Below are positions 41,703 to 50,616 of a stretch of 64,000 nt of DNA, piece after piece. Position 1 is the first letter of the stretch. Every line of letters starts with the position of its first letter. Source of the DNA: an uncultured candidate division Zixibacteria bacterium (lineage in GTDB: Bacteria > Zixibacteria > MSB-5A5 > UBA10806 > 4484-95); assembly GCA_963668625.2 (NCBI GenBank), contig CAXXKA010000001.1:224001-288000 (forward strand), written 5' to 3'. Position numbers and translations under genes: made by a program. Under the pieces are notes generated by a model. That model was not told the origin of the DNA, made no database searches, and saw only the letters and a program-made list of their open reading frames with translations.

Positions 41703-42932
41703 ATGAAAAATGTAATACTATTAATAATCCTTGCTATGCCAATTCTTTCTTTTGCCCAGGTGGATAGTGATCCGGGTTTGATATATGAGATGGCTACCGA
41801 GAACAATATTTTTACCGGGGTGAGAGCGGCCGGTATGGGTGGGGCTCAAATCGCCGCGGGCGAGGACGGCTCGGCGCTCTGGTATAACCCGGCGTTACTG
41901 ACTCGTGTCAGGCGGATGGAGGTCTCGGGCTCATTGACTCATCAAAGATTTTTCAACGAAACGAGGCTGGGCAACGTCAGTGGCGAACAGTACCAGTTGA
42001 ACAAAACCAGGCTGTCATCGCTATGGGGAGTTTTCCCGGTACCGACAGAGCAGGGAGGGCTGTCTATCGCGTTCGCGGCCAACCGGGTGAAAAGTTTCGA
42101 TCGTCTGTTTCGTTACGAAAGCGAGACCGGCTGGTTAAGCCATCCCGTGGGTGAAGGTTACGGTGGGGGTGCGGATGATATCGGTAGCTTATGGGCTTAC
42201 TCGGCCGGCGCCGGTATGGAATTGTCCCGTCATGTATCGGTTGGCGCGGCTATAGATATCTATGACGGCCGTGATAAGTACAGTTATTTCATGGATGAAA
42301 TCTATCAATCCGAGCAATACATAGATGCTTTCGAATTACAGGATGATTATTCGGGATACTCCGCTCGTGTCGGTTTCGCTTATTCCGCCAGTCCGGCGTT
42401 ACATTTCGGCGCGACTATCAAGTTCCCGACATATTTGACGGTAGAGCAGGACTATTATGAAAGCGGTTACCACAGTCTCAGCGAATACAAATACAGGCTG
42501 CCTTTTAGTTTCGGTTTCGGTACGATGTTCGCCAATCGGAAATTGATATTAGCTTTCGATGTCAACTACACCGACTACACCCAGCTCGAGTACCGTTCCG
42601 GCGTGGATTACGCCGATGAACTCGCGGTGCGAAACGCTTATAAAGACGTGCTCTCGATTAGCGCAGGCGCCGAATACATGTTTCCCTCACTGGGATTAAC
42701 TATGCGAGCCGGCTACTGCCGCGATCCTATACCGTTTACCTATTACACGGTGGAGAATGATCTGGATATCTATACGGCCGGTTTCGGCTATCTACTGGAT
42801 CGTTCGCTTAAACTCGATGTGGCGGTGAACTTCTTGAACTGGGAGAGGCGCGATAACGATTTCCTGGGCACGAACACATTCGAGAAATACAAAGCCCAGA
42901 GAATTTTCGTGGGATTTACCTATAGAATCTAA
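41703..42932 (+). CDS. OmpP1/FadL-family outer-membrane beta-barrel
   Basis: Signal peptide, R.AGMGGA..A..ED.SAL.YNPA motif, C-terminal GFTYRI. Confidence 0.8.
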   Translation: MKNVILLIILAMPILSFAQVDSDPGLIYEMATENNIFTGVRAAGMGGAQIAAGEDGSALWYNPALLTRVRRMEVSGSLTHQRFFNETRLGNVSGEQYQLNKTRLSSLWGVFPVPTEQGGLSIAFAANRVKSFDRLFRYESETGWLSHPVGEGYGGGADDIGSLWAYSAGAGMELSRHVSVGAAIDIYDGRDKYSYFMDEIYQSEQYIDAFELQDDYSGYSARVGFAYSASPALHFGATIKFPTYLTVEQDYYESGYHSLSEYKYRLPFSFGFGTMFANRKLILAFDVNYTDYTQLEYRSGVDYADELAVRNAYKDVLSISAGAEYMFPSLGLTMRAGYCRDPIPFTYYTVENDLDIYTAGFGYLLDRSLKLDVAVNFLNWERRDNDFLGTNTFEKYKAQRIFVGFTYRI

Positions 42933-42963
42933 AATTATTCTTCTTCAATTAAATTGTGTGATT

Positions 42964-43000
42964 GCCGCCGCCGGACGAGATATCCGGCGGTGGTTTTATT
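42964..43000 (+). terminator. Rho-independent terminator
   Basis: GCCGCCGCCGGA / TCCGGCGGTGGT stem followed by TTTATT. Confidence 0.75.
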
Positions 43001-43040
43001 GATCCTTAAAACCCCGGTTTATCCGGTGTGTACGTTCAAA

Positions 43041-43255
43041 GCGAAGCGTTGCTCTCTGTTCCCCAGGCACTGCTCGGGTAACTTGCCTGCATTAGCAGTG
43101 TGGACCAACCTGCGTTTCGTAGCGAGAGGATATGTCCTGCCGATGTTAGGCTTAGTTCGCTGGTTTCCAAGCGCTGCTTGGAAACCTTTTTGAGCGATGT
43201 AGAATGCGCATTCTGCCGGCAAACAAGCTACGTTGCGAAGCAGTGCTTCGCGACG
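43041..43255. repeat. Cluster of related 25-nt palindromes (REP-like)
   Basis: Hairpins 43058-43082, 43162-43186 (perfect) and 43231-43255, each an 11-bp stem closing on GC-(A/G)CT-GC; plus palindrome AGAATGCGCATTCT 43201-43214. Confidence 0.6.
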
Positions 43256-43391
43256 AGATGGAAAAGGCCGGACAGTAGTGTGATACGGCAGTAAGGAAAT
43301 GATTCTTTCCTGCACGGTGAGTATTTCAACAATCCCTTTTACGCGGATGACAAGCGCGACTTATTTTCCTAAAACGAATTATCGCTTTTAA

Positions 43392-43419
43392 TTGACATCA
43401 CCGATTTAACTTCTATAAT
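43392..43419 (+). promoter_or_regulatory. Consensus sigma70 promoter, probably leaderless transcript
   Basis: TTGACA-N16-TATAAT, then 7 nt, then ATG 43427; no SD. Confidence 0.75.
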
Positions 43420-43426
43420 TAACCGC

Positions 43427-44623
43427 ATGGAGTTTATTGCCTGTTTCATTCTAATCGTCATCCTCATCCGAGTAAAAACCCCGGTTGGTATAACCCTCGT
43501 TATCGCCTCATTAGCCTTAACCCTGATGGAGTACGGTTTCTCAGTTCGCGTCATCGATCCGTTCTGGGAGACATTGAGAGGCTGGCGCACCTGGAAAATG
43601 ATAATCACCGTGACGCTCGTTATAATTTTAGGGGATGTTCTCTCACGGCAGGGATATCTCGAGCGCATGGTGAACTCCCTGAAATCGTATATCAGTCCCA
43701 ACTGGGTTGCCAGAATTGCGCCTGCGCTTATTGGCCTGTTGCCCATGCCGGGCGGCGCGATGGTCTCAGCCCCGATAGTAGAGGAACTGGCGAAAGACTC
43801 CAAATCCACTCCCGAGGCGAAGACCGTGACCAATTACTGGTGGCGTCATGTATGGGAACCTGTCTGGCCGCTTTATCAATCGGTAATACTGGCGGCGGCT
43901 ATGTTCAATGTCTCGGTCTGGCAAATCGCGGGAATTTGCTACCCTATATCCCTGGTTTGCATCCTGGCCGGCACGTTGACTTTAAAATTGCCGCTTCCCG
44001 GCAGATTGGGCGTCAACAATGGATTCTGGCTGTTTGTTAAAGAGCTGGTTTATTCGATGTGGCCGGTTTTCTTCATAGTAGTATCAGGTATTATATTCAA
44101 TCTCGATTTGATAATCTCGCTATTGCTTTTGTTTGTCGTTTTACTCGTCTTGAAAATCACTAATTTTAAAATGATAGTTAGCAGCTTCCGCAAAGAGTTT
44201 TCATTCGATATCCTCATGATTTTCATAGGCGGGCTTTCCATGATGAATATTATCGAGATGGGGCAAGCCGGGCCGCGAACTCTGGCAGCACTTCAGGCAT
44301 GGGGAGTGCCGATTGACCTGGTGGTGTTTGTCCTGCCGTTTTTGGTTGGCCTGATTACTGGTTTGACACCCGCTTTTGTCGGGGTTGGTTTCCCGCTGGT
44401 AGCCTCGGCTTTCGCGCTTACCGGTCATGTCAATTCGGGAATTTATCTGGCTTACGCCGGTGGATTGGTTGGCATTCTAACATCACCCGTACATTTATGC
44501 CTGGTTCTAACGAAAAAGTATTTCAAGGCCGGATTCAAAGGAATATACAAGCACTTGGTAATGCCGCTTCTTATAACGGTAATTCTTGTTTTCGTAATAA
44601 AATATATCTTCTTCCCCAATTAG
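43427..44623 (+). CDS. DUF401-family membrane protein (putative transporter)
   Basis: PALIGLLPMPGGA.VSAP, NYWWRHVWE..WPLY, SPVHLCL. Confidence 0.85.
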   Translation: MEFIACFILIVILIRVKTPVGITLVIASLALTLMEYGFSVRVIDPFWETLRGWRTWKMIITVTLVIILGDVLSRQGYLERMVNSLKSYISPNWVARIAPALIGLLPMPGGAMVSAPIVEELAKDSKSTPEAKTVTNYWWRHVWEPVWPLYQSVILAAAMFNVSVWQIAGICYPISLVCILAGTLTLKLPLPGRLGVNNGFWLFVKELVYSMWPVFFIVVSGIIFNLDLIISLLLLFVVLLVLKITNFKMIVSSFRKEFSFDILMIFIGGLSMMNIIEMGQAGPRTLAALQAWGVPIDLVVFVLPFLVGLITGLTPAFVGVGFPLVASAFALTGHVNSGIYLAYAGGLVGILTSPVHLCLVLTKKYFKAGFKGIYKHLVMPLLITVILVFVIKYIFFPN

Positions 44624-44624
44624 T

Positions 44625-44651
44625 TAAATCACAGGTCTTTCCAGCCGATAT
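44625..44651 (+). promoter_or_regulatory. Sigma28-type promoter
   Basis: TAAA-N15-GCCGATAT, followed by AAGGAG and ATG 44671. Confidence 0.6.
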
Positions 44652-44670
44652 CAATAAAGAAAGGAGACTT

Positions 44671-44943
44671 ATGATGGGTGATTTAACCGTTATCATTCTG
44701 GCAATATTAATTATTTTCCTGTGTTGGATTATTATAAAAGTTAACGAGAAACTCGACAAATACATAAATCGTTTCAAAAAGCTGGAGGCGGCTTTGATGA
44801 AAAACGCCACCGGTCAGATTCCTATTCCAGAAAATAAGGCAAATAAAAGCGATCAGTTGCCTGATACGGATGTGCCTATGGCGGCAACCCATAACGATTT
44901 GCATCGCCACCGCCAGATGATTGCTAAAAGTAAAACCGATTGA
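44671..44943 (+). CDS. Small single-TM hypothetical protein
   Basis: AAGGAG SD; N-terminal TM, short coiled coil. Confidence 0.65.
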   Translation: MMGDLTVIILAILIIFLCWIIIKVNEKLDKYINRFKKLEAALMKNATGQIPIPENKANKSDQLPDTDVPMAATHNDLHRHRQMIAKSKTD

Positions 44944-45041
44944 TTCGACATTTCAACTCATACGGATTAATCTCATAATATATAATAGGTTATACTTATT
45001 TAAAGGCACAATTCATGGCTATGAAAATTTGTCCTTGCCTG

Positions 45042-45068
45042 GGAACCATTTTCAATGAATGTTGTATA
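45042..45068 (+). promoter_or_regulatory. Putative autoregulatory ECF promoter
   Basis: GGAACC-N16-GTATA upstream of the ECF sigma gene. Confidence 0.5.
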
Positions 45069-45097
45069 ATTAAGTATGAAACCAAGCGAGGTATGTT

Positions 45098-45694
45098 TTG
45101 GATAAGATGACTGACAGAGAACTGTTTGCCCAGGTTGCCGATGATGATGAAAGATCTTTCGGGCAGTTTGTAGAGAGATATAAAAATCGTCTCTACAATT
45201 TTATTTTCCGCATCATTCCAGAAAAAGAGACTGCTGAGGATATTCTTCAGGATACATTTCTCAGGGTTTATAATCAGCGCAAAAATTACAGCCCGGATTA
45301 TGCATTATCCACATGGGTTTATACTATTGCCTTAAACCTGGTGCGCTCCGAGCTTCGTAAGCGCAAGTTAAGGAAGTATCTGAGCCTGGATTTTCTCAAG
45401 GAAGAAAGCGATGTCGAACTTCCGGATAATACCAATCCCGAACCGGGTAAGTTGAAACCGCTTTTAGATAAAGCGATCAAGGGATTGCCCGAGGAGTATC
45501 GCACGGCGTTCATATTATGTGATATCGAACGCTTGCCGTATCATGAAATCGCCGAGATTATGCGCGTACCGGTGGGGACGGTTAAGTCCCGGATAAACAG
45601 GGCGCGGACAATGCTGAGAGAGAAACTATTACCATATAAGGAGTTGAACTATGAACTGTCGAAAGGTCTTCCGCAGGCTCTCTGCTTATATTGA
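45098..45694 (+). CDS. ECF RNA polymerase sigma factor (RpoE-like)
   Basis: AEDILQDTF, STWVYTIALN, EIAEIM.VPVGTVKSRINRAR. Confidence 0.93.
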   Translation: MDKMTDRELFAQVADDDERSFGQFVERYKNRLYNFIFRIIPEKETAEDILQDTFLRVYNQRKNYSPDYALSTWVYTIALNLVRSELRKRKLRKYLSLDFLKEESDVELPDNTNPEPGKLKPLLDKAIKGLPEEYRTAFILCDIERLPYHEIAEIMRVPVGTVKSRINRARTMLREKLLPYKELNYELSKGLPQALCLY

Positions 45695-46226
45695 GGATGA
45701 CCTCTCGTCAACGGAGAGAAGCAAGATTGATATTCATTTGAAATCTTGCAGTCATTGCCGTCGGCAAGTCGCTGATTTGAGGAAAATCATCGAGACCGCC
45801 GGAGAGCTTGATCGGTTTGAGCCCGGGCCATATTTCGTAAACCGGGTACTTTGCGCGGTTGGTCAGAAAAAGAGCCCGCGTGAGATTTTATCCGGCTGGA
45901 AATATCGCCTGTCGCTTTCGGGCGTGGCGTTTGTCGTGGCCGCAAGCATGACATTCTTCATTATCGGCCCGCCTGCCACCGTGATGGTGGACAGCAATTC
46001 GGGGGCGGTCGAGATTGAAGCTGTTGACAATATGAACGCCGAGGTCTTACCCGGCAGCGATGATCGCACCACTGATGGTTTCCCTGTGCCGCCCGAGGCC
46101 CTGGAGCGCGACCTGGCGCTGGAGGAGAAACCGCTGCCCGATTCGTTGAATACCGGGCCGGAAATTTTAAGTCGCCGGTATGTGCAGCCGGTTAGTATCA
46201 GAAGTGATAGTAATAAAGCGTTTTAA
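45651..46226 (+). CDS. ZAS (zf-HC2) transmembrane anti-sigma factor
   Basis: MNC, LSAYIEDDL, HLKSCSHC, one TM; overlaps sigma gene. Confidence 0.88.
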   Translation: MNCRKVFRRLSAYIEDDLSSTERSKIDIHLKSCSHCRRQVADLRKIIETAGELDRFEPGPYFVNRVLCAVGQKKSPREILSGWKYRLSLSGVAFVVAASMTFFIIGPPATVMVDSNSGAVEIEAVDNMNAEVLPGSDDRTTDGFPVPPEALERDLALEEKPLPDSLNTGPEILSRRYVQPVSIRSDSNKAF

Positions 46227-46235
46227 AGGAGTTGG

Positions 46236-47534
46236 ATGAAAAGAATCGCTAAAGATTTTTACCTTAAAGTAACAGCCATCATACTTTACACAGCGGTTAT
46301 TGGCTATGCCGGTGTGCTGGAAAATCTCGATAATGAGCTTACTGATCTGGTAGAAAAAGCTCAGCCGTACCTGGTTACGGTTGAGGCCAGGAATAATGAT
46401 CTCGATGAGGTTTTTATCGGCTCAGGCGTGCTAGTGGAGAAGGCCGGTTACGTGCTTACCACCACCTCCGTTGTGGAAAATGGTAACAGCATCAGGGTTT
46501 GCTTCGAGGGAGAACGCAGCTATAAAGCTGACATAGTTGGCGAGGATTTTCATACTGGTCTGGCTCTGTTAAAAATAGATGAAATCCATAAAGATGTACC
46601 AACGTTTGCCGATACCGGGTCGTTGAAGGACGGCTCCTGGATTATCGTAATCGGTAACTCGTATGAGATGTCCAGCGCGGTTAATCTGGGGGTATACTCG
46701 GGTACTACTGATGATGGCTTTTTACAGCTTTCGGTACAGGCGGGTCCGGGAAGCTCCGGCAGCGCCATATTGAACACTCGCGGTGAGTTGATCGGCATAC
46801 TGGTAGCTCAGGCCACCGAGACTGTTTCACTCATGATGCCCGATAAAGCTAAACTTTCGCATGCCAGTGGTGTTTCGCCTAAATCCAGCCCGTCCAATTT
46901 GGCTATGGGGTTGGAGTTACCTGCCTCAGGAACAAGCCTGGCGGTGCCTTCCTCGAAAATCACCGAGGTTATTGACCAGCTTAAACGGTATGGAGTGGTA
47001 AGGCATGGTTACCTTGGAATTCGCCAGGGGCCGCTCGATCCCGAAACTAATGAGCGGCTTGGCTTGAAAACCGCTGCGCTAGTCGTCGCTGTCATCGAGA
47101 AATCACCGGCTGAAAAAGCTGGTTTAAAACCGGGGGATGTTCTCGTATCCGTAAATGATAAAACTATTGGTAGTCCCGGACATTTATCCGACCTTATAAG
47201 AACTCACCGGCCGGGGGATGAGATAAAGCTTGGCGTAATCCGAAATGAATCAAAAATAACGGTAAGGGCGGTTCTGGCAGAGGCCAGGGATCAGGGCTAT
47301 TTCAATGCCCAGAATTTTCAGGTCGGCGAACCTGCTAATCTTTATCGTGACGTTAAGCGGTTTTCGGATAGCTTAAATAACAGAATCAGCGATGCTAAAG
47401 ATACATTTATCGAGGATCAGAGGGTTCACAATTATATCGATAAGCTGGAAAAAAAGATCGTTGATTTAGAGGGTGAAGTTGACGGTTTAACCATTAAACT
47501 TGATGAATTATATGATAAGATAAAGAATAAGTAA
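46236..47534 (+). CDS. HtrA/DegP-like protein (trypsin fold + PDZ + coiled coil), catalytic triad degenerate
   Basis: GSGV, GYVLTTTSVV, TGLALL, PGSSGS, GYLGI, SPAEKAGLKPGD. Confidence 0.8.
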   Translation: MKRIAKDFYLKVTAIILYTAVIGYAGVLENLDNELTDLVEKAQPYLVTVEARNNDLDEVFIGSGVLVEKAGYVLTTTSVVENGNSIRVCFEGERSYKADIVGEDFHTGLALLKIDEIHKDVPTFADTGSLKDGSWIIVIGNSYEMSSAVNLGVYSGTTDDGFLQLSVQAGPGSSGSAILNTRGELIGILVAQATETVSLMMPDKAKLSHASGVSPKSSPSNLAMGLELPASGTSLAVPSSKITEVIDQLKRYGVVRHGYLGIRQGPLDPETNERLGLKTAALVVAVIEKSPAEKAGLKPGDVLVSVNDKTIGSPGHLSDLIRTHRPGDEIKLGVIRNESKITVRAVLAEARDQGYFNAQNFQVGEPANLYRDVKRFSDSLNNRISDAKDTFIEDQRVHNYIDKLEKKIVDLEGEVDGLTIKLDELYDKIKNK

Positions 47535-47742
47535 GCTCGGTTCTGTTAGCAAAGCTCACGTTGTTGTTATAAATAACATCTTTTTCCGCCATATCTTTAA
47601 ATATCATCATAGTTTCTAAGCTTGAATTAAATTCTGATATAATTAATAACGCAATATTTTTAGGAAATTATATTTTACAAAAACTTATTTGTATAACTTG
47701 TTGTTAATAGCTATGATAGCTTTTACTCAATATATAGGTCAT

Positions 47743-47758
47743 CGGCATGAATATTGCG
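47743..47758 (+). promoter_or_regulatory. Sigma54 promoter upstream of the major pilin
   Basis: CGGCATGAATATTGCG (GG-N10-GC); IHF-like site at 47694-47706; a sigma70-like TTGACC-N17-TATATT also at 47852-47880. Confidence 0.65.
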
Positions 47759-47982
47759 TTTAGTTAAGTGGGAATTTGTTTTTTGTCAATTAAATAGTTG
47801 TAAGCAATACAATTTCAATACCTTACGCAGATTGGGATGAGCTTTTTTGTGTTGACCGGCATCACTTGATAGGTTATATTTTAAATATGTCAACAATTCG
47901 CTTTCAGCCGTAGTCTGTATATTGAAATTTTGGAGAGATGAATAAAATTATAACATTAATCAATTTTTTGGAGGTTTTTTAG

Positions 47983-48387
47983 ATGTTAAAGCATTTGAGG
48001 GAACGCAAAGGTTTTACTCTCGTTGAAATTCTCATCGTTGTCGTAATGCTGGCTATTTTGTTCGCGATTGCCGTACCGATTTACGTGAACTATGTAGCTC
48101 AAGCCAGGGCGGCCGAGGCGCAGGAGGCTATCAACGCCATCAAGGCTGCGTGCAATGTATATCACGCCAGACGGGGTGTATATCCGGCAACCATCGAGCA
48201 GCTCGACCAGCTTCAGTTCGAACCATCGACTAAAGATCGATGGAATTTTAACTGGGTAGTAGCCGGTAACGGTCTCAATGAAATATCTGCTACCTCCACC
48301 GGTAGAATGCCCGGCGGCGCCGGCAAGAAGGTTACCCTTAATGTGCAGACCGGTGAGTGGCACGGTTATGGTTTCGATACTTACTAG
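47983..48387 (+). CDS. pilA: Type IVa major pilin
   Basis: Prepilin site RKG/FTLVE, hydrophobic helix with P22, strong GGAGG SD, first gene of cluster. Confidence 0.88.
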   Translation: MLKHLRERKGFTLVEILIVVVMLAILFAIAVPIYVNYVAQARAAEAQEAINAIKAACNVYHARRGVYPATIEQLDQLQFEPSTKDRWNFNWVVAGNGLNEISATSTGRMPGGAGKKVTLNVQTGEWHGYGFDTY

Positions 48388-48433
48388 ACCGATAGTTGTT
48401 GTGTAGAAAACTTATTTAGCAAGGCATTTCAAA

Positions 48434-49525
48434 GTGGAAGAATTTGAAGCAGCCGGCGGCACAGTTGTCGCCGACCCCAAGCAGTTACATATAGATGATT
48501 TACTAGAGTTTACGGCACAGCAGGGCGCATCCGACCTCCATCTTTCGATGGGATCGGTACCGATGATTCGCGTCGACGGTAAGATGCTCAAGCTGGAGCT
48601 TGAGGGCCTGACCAAGGATGATATTCAGAGGCTGGTTCTCGAATCGTTAAACCCGGAACTTAAGAAAAATTTCGAGGCAGATTTCGAGGTCGATTTCTCG
48701 CGTGAAGTCTCCGATAACACCCGTTTCAGATGTAATGTTTTTCGTCAGATTAAAGGCATTGCCGGTTCCTACAGGGTGATCCCGGCTAGTATCAGGTCGT
48801 TCGAGGACCTGGGTTTGCCGGATGTTTTAAAGCGTCTATCCCTGCTGGAAAAAGGCCTGGTTATTTTAACCGGTCCGACAGGCTCCGGTAAAACCACCTC
48901 GTTAGCGACAATGGTTGACTGGATTAATCAGAACAAAGAAAGCCATGTTATCACTATCGAGGATCCAGTGGAGTATTTCCATTCATCCAATCAGAGCCTG
49001 ATTAACCAGCGCGAACTGGGTACGACCACGCGTACGTTCTCCCGTTCCCTGAGGGCGGCTCTTCGTGAGGACCCCGATGTGATTCTGGTGGGCGAGATGC
49101 GTGATCTTGAGACTGTCAGTTTAGCCCTGACAGCGGCCGAAACGGGCCACCTCGTATTGACAACCTTGCATACCTCCTCGGCGGCCAAAACTATCGATCG
49201 TATTATCGATGTATTCCCCGGCGAGCAGAAATCGCAGGTCAGGTCCATGCTGGCGGAATCTATTGAGGCGGTTATATCGCAAACCCTGATGCCCCGCAAA
49301 GACAAGGGCAGGGTGGTTGCCTGCGAGATCATGATTGCCAACCACGCGATACGTAACCTTATTCGTGAGGGTAAGATTTACCAGATACCTTCCTCGATAC
49401 AGGCAGGCAGTAAGATCGGTATGCAATCAAAAGATCAACACCTGCTTACTCTGGTTAGCAAGGGTATTCTGGAAAAGACGGAAGCGGCTAAACATGCCGA
49501 TAACCCGAAAGTATTTATGGAATAG
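48434..49525 (+). CDS. pilT: Type IV pilus retraction ATPase
   Basis: GASDLHL, GPTGSGKTT, ITIEDPVE, LREDPD, AIRNLIRE. Confidence 0.95.
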   Translation: MEEFEAAGGTVVADPKQLHIDDLLEFTAQQGASDLHLSMGSVPMIRVDGKMLKLELEGLTKDDIQRLVLESLNPELKKNFEADFEVDFSREVSDNTRFRCNVFRQIKGIAGSYRVIPASIRSFEDLGLPDVLKRLSLLEKGLVILTGPTGSGKTTSLATMVDWINQNKESHVITIEDPVEYFHSSNQSLINQRELGTTTRTFSRSLRAALREDPDVILVGEMRDLETVSLALTAAETGHLVLTTLHTSSAAKTIDRIIDVFPGEQKSQVRSMLAESIEAVISQTLMPRKDKGRVVACEIMIANHAIRNLIREGKIYQIPSSIQAGSKIGMQSKDQHLLTLVSKGILEKTEAAKHADNPKVFME

Positions 49526-49530
49526 GCACA

Positions 49531-49977
49531 ATGTTTAAAAAACTCCATAACAATCAGGGATTTACGCTCATTGAGTTGTTTACGGCCATGATAATATTGG
49601 CTATAACCGGCGCTGCTCTATATTTCATGGTCGAGTCGGGTTTAACGATCATGCATGAACAGGAACATCGCAGAATTGCTTTTGAGCTTGCGCAGAAAAG
49701 AATGTCAGCGTTCAAGTTCTTAAGCGATTATCATGATCCTGGGCATGGGCGTGATGTTTTTCGGGTTGGAACCACTGAAGGCACCGAGGTAATTGACGCC
49801 GATATCGGTGATTATGACGACCCCGACGAGACCGCGCTCACGGCCGAATACACGGTTGAGGTGGAACGAAGTAGTTATGGTGATTATGTCATTGTCTCCG
49901 TGGAATACAGGTGGCGGGAATTGTCCGGCGCGGAGTACAATATCTTACTAAAAGATATTTACCCCTATAAATATTAA
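49531..49977 (+). CDS. Minor pilin (PilV-like)
   Basis: NQG/FTLIE prepilin motif. Confidence 0.8.
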   Translation: MFKKLHNNQGFTLIELFTAMIILAITGAALYFMVESGLTIMHEQEHRRIAFELAQKRMSAFKFLSDYHDPGHGRDVFRVGTTEGTEVIDADIGDYDDPDETALTAEYTVEVERSSYGDYVIVSVEYRWRELSGAEYNILLKDIYPYKY

Positions 49978-49986
49978 TGGAGGGGA

Positions 49987-50589
49987 GTGCTAATGTTCAG
50001 ACGAATGAGAAAAAATAAAGGTTTTACGTTAGTAGAGGTGGCGGCAACGCTTCTCATCTCCGCGATTGTTATCTGGGGGATGCATTACGCTATTGTCTTT
50101 GGGATAAATCATTATAAAGCGGCGTTGTCGAAGCAGATTATGCTCGCCGAGGGCTCTACGATGCTTCGGTTTTTGGAGTATCTGGTCAGGCAGGGCAAGT
50201 CTATCGAGGTGTACGAAAGAGATGATCCGCTCAGAAGCCGGCTTGTCATAAAATTCCCCTCGAGTACGGGTACCCCTTATGTTGAATTATTCGCCAACAC
50301 CACAGATGGTTCACTCCGAATCCATGATCATAGTCCGGGACATAACGCCGCCAACAAGCGGCTTTTACCAATGTCAATTTATAACAATAATAATCATCGC
50401 AGAAATACTGAGTCATTTCAGTATAAGCTTAAGGAATTGAGATTCAGTTTCGCCGATTCGGCGGTGTTTAATGATTATGATAATATACCCCCTGATTCTC
50501 TGAATCGAGTCGTCAAAATCGATCTGGTTATGACCGATTCAGATGCAAATACAGTATCGTTAACCAGTTACCAATCCCGGTTTAACTAG
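49987..50589 (+). CDS. Minor pilin (PilW-like)
   Basis: NKG/FTLVE prepilin motif. Confidence 0.8.
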   Translation: MLMFRRMRKNKGFTLVEVAATLLISAIVIWGMHYAIVFGINHYKAALSKQIMLAEGSTMLRFLEYLVRQGKSIEVYERDDPLRSRLVIKFPSSTGTPYVELFANTTDGSLRIHDHSPGHNAANKRLLPMSIYNNNNHRRNTESFQYKLKELRFSFADSAVFNDYDNIPPDSLNRVVKIDLVMTDSDANTVSLTSYQSRFN

Positions 50590-50616
50590 AAGATAAACCC
50601 TAAGTTTGGAGGGAGT

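Noticed and set aside
43041-43255. CRISPR array
   Set aside because: Repeats are not identical, spacing is irregular, orientation is mixed and no cas gene is present
42954-43315. Three short overlapping ORFs in the palindromic island
   Set aside because: No SD or homology cues; they overlap a terminator and hairpins and are better explained as non-coding
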